A stretch of DNA of 64,000 nt from Eledone cirrhosa (lineage: Eukaryota), in the NCBI GenBank assembly GCA_964016885.1, contig OZ024742.1:338830001-338894000 (forward strand), given 5' to 3'. The position numbers were made by a program, and so were the translations under genes. Shown here piece after piece: positions 1 to 14,519 of the stretch (its first letter is position 1; each line of letters starts with the position of its first letter). The notes beneath the pieces were generated by a model. The model was not told the origin of the DNA. It made no database searches and saw only the letters and a list, made by a program, of their open reading frames with translations.

Positions 1-3000
1 CATCACTGACTTACCTTTAGTCGCTAGAACAAGGTGTATCATAAATTGTACTAGTACCATCACTGACTTACCTTTAGTCACCATAACAAGGTGTACCATA
101 AATTGTACTAGTACCATCACTCACTTACCTTTAGTCGCCAGAATAAGGTGTACCATAAATTGTACTAGTACCATCACTGCCTTACCCTTAGTCACCATAA
201 CAAGGTGTACCATAAATTGTACTAGTACCATCACTGACTTACCCTTAGTCAACAGAACACGGTGTACCATAAATTGTACTAGTACCATCACTGACTTACC
301 GTTAGTCGCTAGAACAAGGTGTACCATAAATTGTACTAGTACCATCACTGACTTACCCTTAGTCACCATAACAAGGTGTACCATAAATGGTGCTAGTATC
401 ATCACTGACTTACCCTTAGTCACCATAACAAGGTGTACCATAAATGGTACTAGTACCATCACTGTCTTACCCTTAGTCACCATAACAAGGTGTACCATAA
501 ATGGTACTAGTACCATCACTGACTTACCCTTAGTCACCATAACAAGGTGTACCATAAATTGTACTAGTACCATCACTGACTTACCCTTAGTCACCTTAAC
601 AAGGTGTACCATAAATTGTACTAGTACCATCACTGACTTACTCTTAGTCACCATAACAAGGTGTACCATAAATTGTACTAGTACCATCACTGACTTACCC
701 TAAGTCACCATAACAAGGTGTACCATAAATGGTACTAGTACCATCACTAGCTTACCCTTAGTCAACAGCACAAGGTGTACCATAAATTGTACTAGTACCA
801 CCACTAACTTACCCTTAGTCAACAGAACAAGGTGTACCATAAATTGTACTAGTACCATCACCAGCTTACACTTAGTCAACAGAACAAGGTGTACCATAAA
901 TTGTACTAGTACCCTCACTAACTTACCCTTAGTCAACAGAACAAGGTGTACCATAAATTGTACTAGTACCATCACTAACTTACACTTAGACAACAGAACA
1001 AGGTGTACCATAAATTGTACTACTACCCTCACTAACTTACCCTTTGTCAACAGAACAAGGTGTACCATAAATTGTACTAGTACCATCACTAACTTACCCT
1101 TAGTCAACAGAACAAGGTGTACCATAAATTGTACTAGTACCATCACTAACTTACCCTTAGTCAACAGAACAAGGTGTACCATAAATTGTACTAGTACCAT
1201 CACTAACTTACCCTTAGACAACAGAACAAGGTGTACCATAAATTGTACTAGTACCATCACTAACTTACCCTTAGTCAACAGAACAAGGTGTACCATAAAT
1301 TGTACTAGTACCCTCACTAACTTACCCTTAGTCAACAGAACAAGGTGTACCATAAATTGTACTAGTACCATCACCAAGTTACCCTTAGTCAACAGAACAA
1401 GGTGTACCATAAATTGTACTAGTACCATCACTAACTTACCCTTAGTCAACAGAACAAGGTGTACCATAAATTGTACTAGTACCATCACTAACTTACCCTT
1501 AGACAACAGAACAAGGTGTACCATAAATTGTACTAGTACCATCACTAACTTACCCTTAGACAACAGAACAAGGTGTACCATAAATTGTACTAGTACCCTC
1601 ACTAACTTACCCTTAGTCAACAGAACAAGGTGTACCATAAATTGTACTAGTACCATCACTGACTTACCCTTAGTCACCATAACAAGGTGTACCATAAATT
1701 GTACTAGTACCCTCACTAACTTACCCTTAGTCAACAGAATAAGGTGTACCATAAATTGTACTAGTACCATCACTGACTTACCCTTAGTTAACAGAACAAG
1801 GGGTACCATAAATTGTACTAGTACCATCACTGACTTACCTTTAGTCGCCAGAATAAGGTGTACCATAAATTGTACTAGTACCATCACTGATTTACCTTTA
1901 GTCGCTAGAACAAGGTGTGCCATAAATTGTACTAGTACCATCACTGACTTACCTTTAGTCGCCAGAATAAGGTGTACCATAAATTGTACTAGTACCATCA
2001 CTGACTTACCTTTAGTCGCCAGAATAAGGTGTACCATAAATTGTACTAGTACCATCACTGACTTACCCTTAGTCACCATAACAAGGTGTACCATAAATTG
2101 TACTAGTACCATCACTGACTTACCTTTAGTCGCCATAACAAGGTGTACCATAAATTGTACTAGTACCATCACTAACTTACCCTTAGTCAACAGAACAAGG
2201 TGTACCATAAATTGTACTAGTACCATCACTAACTTACCCTTAGTCACTATAACAAGGTGTACCATAAATTGTACTAGTACCATCACTGACTTACCTTTAG
2301 TCGCCATAACAAGGTGTACCATAAATTGTACTAGTACCATCACTGACTTACCCTTAGTCACCATAACAAGGTGTACCATAAATTGTACTAGTACCATCAC
2401 TGACTTACCCTTAGTCACCATAACAAGGTGTACCATAATTTGTACTAGTACCATCACTGATTTACTTTTTTTAGTCGCTAGAACAAGGTGTACCATAAAT
2501 TGTACTAGTACCATCACTGACTTACCTTTAGTCGCTAGAACAAGGTGTACCATAAATTGTACTAGTACCATCACTGACTTACCTTTAGTCGCTAGAACAA
2601 GGTGTACCATAAATTGTACTAGTACCATCACTGACTTACCTTTAGTCGCTAGAACAAGGTTTACCATAAATTGTACTAGTACCATCACTGACTTACCTTT
2701 AGTCGCTAGAACAAGGTGTACCATAAATTGTACTAGTACCATCACTGACTTACCCTTAGTCACCATAACAAGGTGTACCATAAATTGTACTAGTACCATC
2801 ACTGACTTACCCTTAGTCAACAGAACAAGGTGTACCATAAATTGTACTAGTACCATCACTGACTTACCCTTAGTCACCATAACAAGGTGTACCATAAATT
2901 GTACTAGTACCATCACTGACTTACCCTTAGTCACCATAACAAGGTGTACCATAAATTGTACTAGTACCATCACTGACTTACCTTTAGTCGCTAGAACAAG

Positions 3001-4749
3001 GTGTACCATAAATTGTACTAGTACCATCACTGACTTACCCTTAGTCACCATAACAAGGTGTACCATAAATTGTACTAGTACCATCACTGACTTACCTTTA
3101 GTCGCTAGAATAAGGTATACCATAAATTGTACTAGTACCATCACTGACTTACCCTTAGTCAACAGAACAAGGTGTACCATAAATTGTACTAGTACCATCA
3201 CTGACTTACCCTTAGTCACCATAACAAGGTGTACCATAAATTGTACTAGTACCATCACTGACTTACCTTTAGTCACCTTAACAAGGTGTACCATAAATTG
3301 TACTAGTACCATCACTGACTTACCCTTAGTCAACAGAACAAGGTGTACCATAAATTGTACTAGTACCATCACTGACTTACCCTTAGTCACCATAACAAGG
3401 TGTACCATAAATTGTACTAGTACCATCACTGACTTACCCTTAGTCACCATAACAAGGTGTACCATAAATTGTACTAGTACCATCACTGACTTACCTTTAG
3501 TCGCTAGAACAAGGTGTACCATAAATTGTACTAGTACCATCACTGACTTACCTTTAGTCGCTAGAACAAGGTTTACCATAAATTGTACTAGTACCATCAC
3601 TGACTTACCTTTAGTCGCTAGAACAAGGTGTACCATAAATTGTACTAGCACCATCACTGACTTACCCTTAGTCACCATAACAAGGTGTACCATAAATTGT
3701 ACTAGTACCATCACTGACTTACCCTTAGTCAACAGAACAAGGTGTACCATAAATTGTACTAGTACCATCACTGACTTACCCTTAGTCACCATAACAAGGT
3801 GTACCATAAATTGTACTAGTACCATCACTGACTTACCCTTAGTCACCATAACAAGGTGTACCATAAATTGTACTAGTACCATCACTGACTTACCTTTAGT
3901 CGCTAGAACAAGGTGTACCATAAATTGTACTAGTACCATCACTGACTTACCCTTAGTCACCATAACAAGGTGTACCATAAATTGTACTAGTACCATCGCT
4001 GACTTACCTTTAGTCGCTAGAACAAGGTGTACCATAAATTGTACTAGTACCATCACTGACTTACCCTTAGTCACCATAACAAGGTGTACCATAAATTGTA
4101 CTAGTACCATCACTGACTTACCTTTAGTCGCTAGAACAAGGTGTACCATAAATTGTACTAGTACCATCACTGACTTACCCTTAGTCAACAGAACAAGGTG
4201 TACCATAAATTGTACTAGTACCATCACTGACTTACCCTTAGTCACCATAACAAGGTGTACCATAAATTGTACTAGTACCATCACTGACTTACCTTTAGTC
4301 ACCTTAACAAGGTGTACCATAAATTGTACTAGTACCATCACTGACTTACCCTTAGTCAACAGAACAAGGTGTACCATAAATTGTACTAGTACCATCACTG
4401 ACTTACCCTTAGTCACCATAACAAGGTGTACCATAAATTGTACTAGTACCATCACTGACTTACCCTTAGTCACCATAACAAGGTGTACCATAAATTGTAC
4501 TAGTACCATCACTGACTTACCTTTAGTCGCCATAACAAGGTGTACCATAAATTGTACTAGTACCATCACTGACTTACCCTTAGTCACCATAACAAGGTGT
4601 ACCATAAATTGTACTAGTACCATCACTGACTTACCCTTAGTCACCTTAACAAGGTGTACCATAAATTGTACTAGTACCATCACTGACTTACCCTTAGTCA
4701 CCATAACAAGGTGTACCATAATTTGTACTAGTACCATCACTGATTTACC
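1..4749. repeat. 57-bp minisatellite array (~83 units, runs off window start)
   Basis: Unit gtactagtaccatcactgacttaccYttagtc[accata|gctaga|aacaga]acaaggtgtaccataaatt repeated; 19-aa periodic ORFs. Confidence 0.98.
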
Positions 4750-5727
4750 GTTTGTAGCATAAGTTTGTGCAAGTACTCCCATTAACACTAACTATTCTGT
4801 TTTATACGTCATCCCTAGAACGAGATGTATCATTAAGTTGTATTAGTACGCTCACTGAACAATATCCTTCCTGACTTACTATAGCCCACGAGAAATAGGT
4901 AAACGACACATCAGTCGTTCTCTTGATTGATAGATCACTTCTGATCTCCTTACTCTGTTATTCATTATCGTGGAACTGAAATTGTATATAAAAGTGCATA
5001 TTTCTGCGTAACAACGCCATACATATGCTGCACAGTGGGAACCTGATTGACACATATTTCTCAAAAGATAATATGTGCACAGAGTCTTAAATTATATAAC
5101 TATTTCAATGTGAATTTGATTGGTTATTTATAATCAAGTTCAACAGATATTTTTCTATGGTTTCTCATTACGTATATCATACGACGCATTTATACACATG
5201 TATGTATCACATACCATATGTATGTACGTATGGTATGCGATACATACATATGTATGTACGTACTCATGTATATATGTATGTATGTATGTATGTACATTAT
5301 ATATATGTTACATTATATATGTTATTTCACTGAGGAACTGGAATCATATCTGATTCCAGTTCCTCAGTGAAATAACAACCCAACCAGGAACTGGGCATAT
5401 CAGAGTATGACAAAATTATACACCTCAACAACATGTGTACTCGTCTCTACCACACTAATTCGGACTGCCTGAAGAGGTCACAGCCAAAGACGGCTGTCAC
5501 CGAAATATATATAGCAGTAATAAACGAAGCCGAATTTTAAACATTTGACTTATCTATTTTATTTTACACACAGTACATAAATACATACATAATACATACA
5601 CATACATACACAGATACATTCATACTACATACAGACAGACATATGAACGCTTGTTTACATATATTTATATAAAGACTCTCGAAGAAATATCACTTAATTC
5701 AAATTGGTAATAGTTCCAGTAATGAAT
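4750..5727. repeat. Macro-repeat spacer, copy 1 (contains PLE pLTR remnant)
   Basis: Near-identical to 8863-9842 and 14520-15499. Confidence 0.95.
5464..5518 (+). ncRNA. Type I hammerhead ribozyme (PLE-type)
   Basis: ACUGC-CUGAAGA-GGUCACAGCC-aaagac-GGCUGUCACC-GAAA-UAUAUA-UA-GCAGU; stem I ACUGC/GCAGU, palindromic stem III. Confidence 0.85.
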
Positions 5728-5946
5728 CTGTTGTTGTTGTTGTTGTTGTTACTGTTGTTGTTGTTGGTGTTGTTGTTGCTGTTGTTGTTGTTGATGTTGT
5801 TGTTGTTGGTGTTGTTGTTGCTGTTCTTGCTGTTGTTGTTGTTGGTGTTGTTGTTGGTGTTGTTGTTGTTGTTGCTGTTGTTGTTGTCGTTGTTGTTGTT
5901 GTTGCTGTTCTTGCTGTTGTTGTTGTTGGTGTTGTTGTTGCTGTTG

Positions 5947-5983
<37 letters not shown>

Positions 5984-6122
5984 GCTGTTGTGTTGTTGGT
6001 TTTGTTGTTGTTTGTGTTGTTGTTGCTGTTGTTGTTGTTGTTGTTGGTGTTGTTGTTGTTGTTGCTGTTGTTGTTGCTGTTGTTGTTGTTACGGTTGCGG
6101 TTGTTGTTGTTGCTGCTGTTGC

Positions 6123-6153
<31 letters not shown>

Positions 6154-7070
6154 GCTGCTGTTGCTGTTGTTGTTGTTGGTGTTGTTGCTGCTGTTGTTGT
6201 TGTTGCTGTTGTTGTTGTTGTTGTTGTTGCTGTTGTTGTTGTTGCTGGTTTTGTTGTTGTTGCTGTTCTTGTTGTTGGTGTTGTTGTTGCTGTTGTTGCT
6301 GTTGTTGCTGCTGTTGTTATTGTTGTTATTGTTGTTGGTGTTGCTGCTGTTGTTGTTGTTGTTTTTGCTGTTGCTGTTGTTGTTGTTGTTGTTGTTGTTG
6401 GTGTTGTTGATGCTGTTGTTTTTGTTGCTGTTGTTGTTGGTCTTGTTGTTGTTGTTGTTGGTGTTGTTGTTGCTGTTGTTGCTGTTGTTGTTATTGTTGC
6501 TGTTGTTGTTGCTTTGTTGTTGGTGTCGTTGTTGTTGCTGGTGTTGTTGTTGTTGTTGCTGTTGTTGTTGTTGGTGTTGTTGTTGTTTTTGCTGTTGTTG
6601 TTGTTGCTGTTGTTGTTGTTGCTGTTGTTGTTGCTGTTGTTGTTGTTGTTGCTATTGTTGTTGTTGTTGTTGTTGTTGCTGTTGTTGTTGTTGGTGTTGT
6701 TGCTGTTGTTGTTGTTGCTGTTATTGTTGTTGTTGTTGGTGTTGTTGTTGCTGCTGCTGTTGTTGTTGTTGCTGTTGTTGTTCGCTTTGTTGTTGCTGTT
6801 GTTGTTGTTGGTGTTGTTGTTGTTGTTGCTGTTGTTGTTGTTGTTGTTGGTGGTGGTGTTGTTGTTGTTGTGTTGCTGTTGTTGTTGTTGTTGTTGATGT
6901 TGTTGCTGCTGCTGCTGTTGTTGTTGTTGTTGTTGTTGTTTTTATCGTCGCTGTTATTGTTGTTGTTGTTGCTGTTGTTGTTGCTGTTGCTGTTGTTTTT
7001 GTTGCTGTTGTTTTTGTTTCTGTTTTTGTTGTTGCTGTTGTTGTTGCTGTTGTTGTTGTTGTTGCTGTTG
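5728..7070. repeat. Cryptic (GTT)n trinucleotide array with GCT/GGT interruptions
   Basis: Seen directly; same interruption pattern as 9843-11188. Confidence 0.97.
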
Positions 7071-8862
7071 GTACTAGTACCATCACTGACTTACCCTTAG
7101 TCACCATAACAAGGTGTACCATAAATTGTACTAGTACCATCACTGACTTACCTTTAGTCGCTAGAACAAGGTGTACCATAAATTGTACTAGTACCATCAC
7201 TGACTTACCTTTAGTCGCTAGAACAAGGTGTACCATAAATTGTACTAGTACCATCACTGACTTACCTTTAGTCGCTAGAACAAGGTGTACCATAAATTGT
7301 ACTAGTACCATCACTGACTTACCTTTAGTCGCTAGAACAAGGTGTACCATAAATTATACTAGTACCATCACTGACTTACCTTTAGTCGCTAGAACAAGGT
7401 GTACCATAAATTGTACTAGTACCATCACTGACTTACCTTTAGTCGCTAGAACAAGGTGTACCATAAATTGTACTAGTACCATCACTGACTTACCTTTAGT
7501 CGCTAGAACAAGGTGTACCATAAATTGTACTAGTACCATCACTGACTTACCTTTAGTCGCTAGAACAAGGTGTACCATAAATTGTACTAGTACCATCACT
7601 GACTTACCTTTAGTCGCTAGAACAAGGTTTACCATAAATTGTACTAGTACCATCAATGACTTACGTTTAGTCGCTAGAACAAGGTGTACCATAAATTGTA
7701 CTAGTACCATCACTGACTTACCCTTAGTCACCATAACAAGGTGTACCATAAATTGTACTAGTACCATCACTGACTTACCCTTAGTCAACAGAACAAGGTG
7801 TACCATAAATTGTACTAGTACCATCACTGACTTACCCTTAGTCACCATAACAAGGTGTACCATAAATTGTACTAGTACCATCACTGACTTACCTTTAGTC
7901 GCTAGAACAAGGTGTACCATAAATTGTACTAGTACCATCACTGACTTACCCTTAGTCACCATAACAAGGTGTACCATAAATTGTACTAGTACCATCACTG
8001 ACTTACCTTTAGTCGCTAGAACAAGGTGTACCATAAATTGTACTAGTACCATCACTGACTTACCCTTAGTCACCATAACAAGGTGTACCATAAATTGTAC
8101 TAGTACCATCGCTGACTTACCTTTAGTCGCTAGAACAAGGTGTACCATAAATTGTACTAGTACCATCACTGACTTACCCTTAGTCACCATAACAAGGTGT
8201 ACCATAAATTGTACTAGTACCATCACTGACTTACCTTTAGTCGCTAGAACAAGGTGTACCATAAATTGTACTAGTACCATCACTGACTTACCCTTAGTCA
8301 ACAGAACAAGGTGTACCATAAATTGTACTAGTACCATCACTGACTTACCCTTAGTCACCATAACAAGGTGTACCATAAATTGTACTAGTACCATCACTGA
8401 CTTACCTTTAGTCACCTTAACAAGGTGTACCATAAATTGTACTAGTACCATCACTGACTTACCCTTAGTCAACAGAACAAGGTGTACCATAAATTGTACT
8501 AGTACCATCACTGACTTACCCTTAGTCACCATAACAAGGTGTACCATAAATTGTACTAGTACCATCACTGACTTACCCTTAGTCACCATAACAAGGTGTA
8601 CCATAAATTGTACTAGTACCATCACTGACTTACCTTTAGTCGCCATAACAAGGTGTACCATAAATTGTACTAGTACCATCACTGACTTACCCTTAGTCAC
8701 CATAACAAGGTGTACCATAAATTGTACTAGTACCATCACTGACTTACCCTTAGTCACCTTAACAAGGTGTACCATAAATTGTACTAGTACCATCACTGAC
8801 TTACCCTTAGTCACCATAACAAGGTGTACCATAATTTGTACTAGTACCATCACTGATTTACC
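7071..8862. repeat. 57-bp minisatellite array (~31 units)
   Basis: Same unit as 1-4749. Confidence 0.98.
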
Positions 8863-9842
8863 GTTTGTAGCATAAGTTTGTGCAAGTACTCCCATTAACA
8901 CTAACTATTCTGTTTTATACGTCATCCCTAGAACGAGATGTATCATTAAGTTGTATTAGTACGCTCACTGAACAATATCCTTCCTGACTTACTATAGCCC
9001 ACGAGAAATAGGTAAACGACACATCAGTCGTTCTCTTGATTGATAGATCACTTCTGATCTCCTTACTCTGTTATTCATTATCGTGGAACTGAAATTGTAT
9101 ATAAAAGTGCATATTTCTGCGTAACAACGCCATACATATGCTGCACAGTGGGAACCTGATTGACACATATTTCTCAAAAGATAATATGTGCACAGAGTCT
9201 TAAATTATATAACTATTTCAATGTGAATTTGATTGGTTATTTATAATCAAGTTCAACAGATATTTTTCTATGGTTTCTCATTACGTATATCATACGACGC
9301 ATTTATACACATGTATGTATCACATACCATATGTATGTACGTATGGTATGCGATACATACATATGTATGTACGTACTCATGTATATATGTATGTATGTAT
9401 GTATGTACATTATATATATGTTACATTATATATATGTTATTTCACTGAGGAACTGGAATCATATCTGATTCCAGTTCCTCAGTGAAATAACAACCCAACC
9501 AGGAACTGGGCATATCAGAGTATGACAAAATTATACACCTCAACAACATGTGTACTCGTCTCTACCACACTAATTCGGACTGCCTGAAGAGGTCACAGCC
9601 AAAGACGGCTGTCACCGAAATATATATAGCAGTAATAAACGAAGCCGAATTTTAAACATTTGACTTATCTATTTTATTTTACACACAGTACATAAATACA
9701 TACATAATACATACACATACATACACAGATACATTCATACTACATACAGACAGACATATGAACGCTTGTTTACATATATTTATATAAAGACTCTCGAAGA
9801 AATATCACTTAATTCAAATTGGTAATAGTTCCAGTAATGAAT
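8863..9842. repeat. Macro-repeat spacer, copy 2
   Basis: Offset 4113 from copy 1. Confidence 0.95.
9579..9633 (+). ncRNA. Type I hammerhead ribozyme (copy 2)
   Basis: Identical to 5464-5518. Confidence 0.85.
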
Positions 9843-10061
9843 CTGTTGTTGTTGTTGTTGTTGTTACTGTTGTTGTTGTTGGTGTTGTTGTTGCTGTTGT
9901 TGTTGTTGATGTTGTTGTTGTTGGTGTTGTTGTTGCTGTTCTTGCTGTTGTTGTTGTTGGTGTTGTTGTTGGTGTTGTTGTTGTTGTTGCTGTTGTTGTT
10001 GTCGTTGTTGTTGTTGTTGCTGTTCTTGCTGTTGTTGTTGTTGGTGTTGTTGTTGCTGTTG

Positions 10062-10101
<40 letters not shown>

Positions 10102-10240
10102 GCTGTTGTGTTGTTGGTTTTGTTGTTGTTTGTGTTGTTGTTGCTGTTGTTGTTGTTGTTGTTGGTGTTGTTGTTGTTGTTGCTGTTGTTGTTGCTGTTG
10201 TTGTTGTTACGGTTGCGGTTGTTGTTGTTGCTGCTGTTGC

Positions 10241-10271
<31 letters not shown>

Positions 10272-11188
10272 GCTGCTGTTGCTGTTGTTGTTGTTGGTGT
10301 TGTTGCTGCTGTTGTTGTTGTTGCTGTTGTTGTTGTTGTTGTTGTTGCTGTTGTTGTTGTTGCTGGTTTTGTTGTTGTTGCTGTTCTTGTTGTTGGTGTT
10401 GTTGTTGCTGTTGTTGCTGTTGTTGCTGCTGTTGTTATTGTTGTTATTGTTGTTGGTGTTGCTGCTGTTGTTGTTGTTGTTTTTGCTGTTGCTGTTGTTG
10501 TTGTTGTTGTTGTTGTTGGTGTTGTTGATGCTGTTGTTTTTGTTGCTGTTGTTGTTGGTCTTGTTGTTGTTGTTGTTGGTGTTGTTGTTGCTGTTGTTGC
10601 TGTTGTTGTTATTGTTGCTGTTGTTGTTGCTTTGTTGTTGGTGTCGTTGTTGTTGCTGGTGTTGTTGTTGTTGTTGCTGTTGTTGTTGTTGGTGTTGTTG
10701 TTGTTTTTGCTGTTGTTGTTGTTGCTGTTGTTGTTGTTGCTGTTGTTGTTGCTGTTGTTGTTGTTGTTGCTATTGTTGTTGTTGTTGTTGTTGTTGCTGT
10801 TGTTGTTGTTGGTGTTGTTGCTGTTGTTGTTGTTGCTGTTATTGTTGTTGTTGTTGGTGTTGTTGTTGCTGCTGCTGTTGTTGTTGTTGCTGTTGTTGTT
10901 CGCTTTGTTGTTGCTGTTGTTGTTGTTGGTGTTGTTGTTGTTGTTGCTGTTGTTGTTGTTGTTGTTGGTGGTGGTGTTGTTGTTGTTGTGTTGCTGTTGT
11001 TGTTGTTGTTGTTGATGTTGTTGCTGCTGCTGCTGTTGTTGTTGTTGTTGTTGTTGTTTTTATCGTCGCTGTTATTGTTGTTGTTGTTGCTGTTGTTGTT
11101 GCTGTTGCTGTTGTTTTTGTTGCTGTTGTTTTTGTTTCTGTTTTTGTTGTTGCTGTTGTTGTTGCTGTTGTTGTTGTTGTTGCTGTTG
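9843..11188. repeat. Cryptic (GTT)n array, copy 2
   Basis: Copy 1 plus about one extra triplet. Confidence 0.97.
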
Positions 11189-14100
11189 GTACTAGTACCA
11201 TCACTGACTTACCCTTAGTCACCATAACAAGGTGTACCATAAATTGTACTAGTACCATCACTGACTTACCTTTAGTCGCTAGAACAAGGTGTACCATAAA
11301 TTGTACTAGTACCATCACTGACTTACCTTTAGTCGCTAGAACAAGGTGTACCATAAATTGTACTAGTACCATCACTGACTTACCTTTAGTCGCTAGAACA
11401 AGGTGTACCATAAATTGTACTAGTACCATCACTGACTTACCTTTAGTCGCTAGAACAAGGTGTACCATAAATTATACTAGTACCATCACTGACTTACCTT
11501 TAGTCGCTAGAACAAGGTGTACCATAAATTGTACTAGTACCATCACTGACTTACCTTTAGTCGCTAGAACAAGGTGTACCATAAATTGTACTAGTACCAT
11601 CACTGACTTACCTTTAGTCGCTAGAACAAGGTGTACCATAAATTGTACTAGTACCATCACTGACTTACCTTTAGTCGCTAGAACAAGGTGTACCATAAAT
11701 TGTACTAGTACCATCACTGACTTACCTTTAGTCGCTAGAACAAGGTTTACCATAAATTGTACTAGTACCATCAATGACTTACGTTTAGTCGCTAGAACAA
11801 GGTGTACCATAAATTGTACTAGTACCATCACTGACTTACCCTTAGTCACCATAACAAGGTGTACCATAAATTGTACTAGTACCATCACTGACTTACCCTT
11901 AGTCAACAGAACAAGGTGTACCATAAATTGTACTAGTACCATCACTGACTTACCCTTAGTCACCATAACAAGGTGTACCATAAATTGTACTAGTACCATC
12001 ACTGACTTACCTTTAGTCGCTAGAACAAGGTGTACCATAAATTGTACTAGTACCATCACTGACTTACCCTTAGTCACCATAACAAGGTGTACCATAAATT
12101 GTACTAGTACCATCACTGACTTACCTTTAGTCGCTAGAACAAGGTGTACCATAAATTGTACTAGTACCATCACTGACTTACCCTTAGTCACCATAACAAG
12201 GTGTACCATAAATTGTACTAGTACCATCACTGACTTACCCTTAGTCAACAGAACAAGGTGTACCATAAATTGTACTAGTACCATCACTGACTTACCCTTA
12301 GTCACCATAACAAGGTGTACCATAAATTGTACTAGTACCATCACTGACTTACCTTTAGTCGCTAGAACAAGGTGTACCATAAATTGTACTAGTACCATCA
12401 CTGACTTACCCTTAGTCACCATAACAAGGTGTACCATAAATTGTACTAGTACCATCACTGACTTACCTTTAGTCGCTAGAACAAGGTGTACCATAAATTG
12501 TACTAGTACCATCACTGACTTACCCTTAGTCACCATAACAAGGTGTACCATAAATTGTACTAGTACCATCACTGACTTACCTTTAGTCGCTAGAACAAGG
12601 TGTACCATAAATTGTACTAGTACCATCACTGACTTACCCTTAGTCAACAGAACAAGGTGTACCATAAATATTACTAGTACCATCACTGACTTACCCTTAG
12701 TCACCATAACAAGGTGTACCATAAATTGTACTAGTACCATCACTGACTTACCTTTAGTCACCTTAACAAGGTGTACCATAAATTGTACTAGTACCATCAC
12801 TGACTTACCCTTAGTCAACAGAACAAGGTGTACCATAAATTGTACTAGTACCATCACTGACTTACCCTTAGTCACCATAACAAGGTGTACCATAAATTGT
12901 ACTAGTACCATCACTGACTTACCCTTAGTCACCATAACAAGGTGTACCATAAATTGTACTAGTACCATCACTGACTTACCTTTAGTCGCTAGAACAAGGT
13001 GTACCATAAATTGTACTAGTACCATCACTGACTTACCTTTAGTCGCTAGAACAAGGTGTACCATAAATTGTACTAGTACCATCACTGACTTACCTTTAGT
13101 CGCTAGAACAAGGTGTACCATAAATTGTACTAGTACCATCACTGACTTACCTTTAGTCGCTAGAACAAGGTGTACCATAAATTGTACTAGTACCATCACT
13201 GACTTACCTTTAGTCGCTAGAACAAGGTGTACCATAAATTGTACTAGTACCATCACTGACTTACCTTTAGTCGCTAGAACAAGGTTTACCATAAATTGTA
13301 CTAGTACCATCACTGACTTACCTTTAGTCGCTAGAACAAGGTGTACCATAAATTGTACTAGTACCATCACTGACTTACCCTTAGTCTCCATAACAAGGTG
13401 TACCATAAATTGTACTAGTACCATCACTGACTTACCCTTAGTCAACAGAACAAGGTGTACCATAAATTGTACTAGTACCATCACTGACTTACCCTTAGTC
13501 ACCATAACAAGGTGTACCATAAATTGTACTAGTACCATCACTGACTTACCCTTAGTCACCCTAACAAGGTGTACCATAAATTGTACTAGTACCATCACTG
13601 ACTTACCTTTAGTCGCTAGAACAAGGTGTACCATAAATTGTACTAGTACCATCACTGACTTACCCTTAGTCACCATAACAAGGTGTACCATAAATTGTAC
13701 TAGTACCATCGCTGACTTACCTTTAGTCGCTAGAACAAGGTGTACCATAAATTGTACTAGTACCATCACTGACTTACCCTTAGTCACCATAACAAGGTGT
13801 ACCATAAATTGTACTAGTACCATCACTGACTTACCCTTAGTCACCATAACAAGGTGTACCATAAATTGTACTAGTACCATCACTGACTTACCTTTAGTCA
13901 CCTTAACAAGGTGTACCATAAATTGTACTAGTACCATCACTGACTTACCCTTAGTCAACAGAACAAGGTGTACCATAAATTGTACTAGTACCATCACTGA
14001 CTTACCCTTAGTCACCATAACAAGGTGTACCATAAATTGTACTAGTACCATCACTGACTTACCCTTAGTCACCATAACAAGGTGTACCATAAATTGTACT

Positions 14101-14519
14101 AGTACCATCACTGACTTACCTTTAGTCACCATAACAAGGTGTACCATAAATTGTACTAGTACCATCACTGACTTACCTTTAGTCGCTAGAACAAGGTGTA
14201 CCATAAATTGTACTAGTACCATCACTGACTTACCCTTAGTCACCATAACAAGGTGTACCATAAATTGTACTAGTACCATCGCTGACTTACCTTTAGTCGC
14301 TAGAACAAGGTGTACCATAAATTGTACTAGTACCATCACTGACTTACCCTTAGTCACCATAACAAGGTGTACCATAAATTGTACTAGTACCATCACTGAC
14401 TTACCCTTAGTCACCTTAACAAGGTGTACCATAAATTGTACTAGTACCATCACTGACTTACCCTTAGTCAACATAACAAGGTGTACCATAATTTGTACTA
14501 GTACCATCACTGATTTACC
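11189..14519. repeat. 57-bp minisatellite array (~58 units)
   Basis: Same unit; 1539 bp (27 units) longer than 7071-8862 and starts with the same variant series. Confidence 0.98.

Noticed and set aside
1-14519. CRISPR-like appearance of the 57-bp array
   Set aside because: The variable part is only ~6 nt with a few recurring states, not unique spacers. The context is eukaryotic and there are no cas genes.
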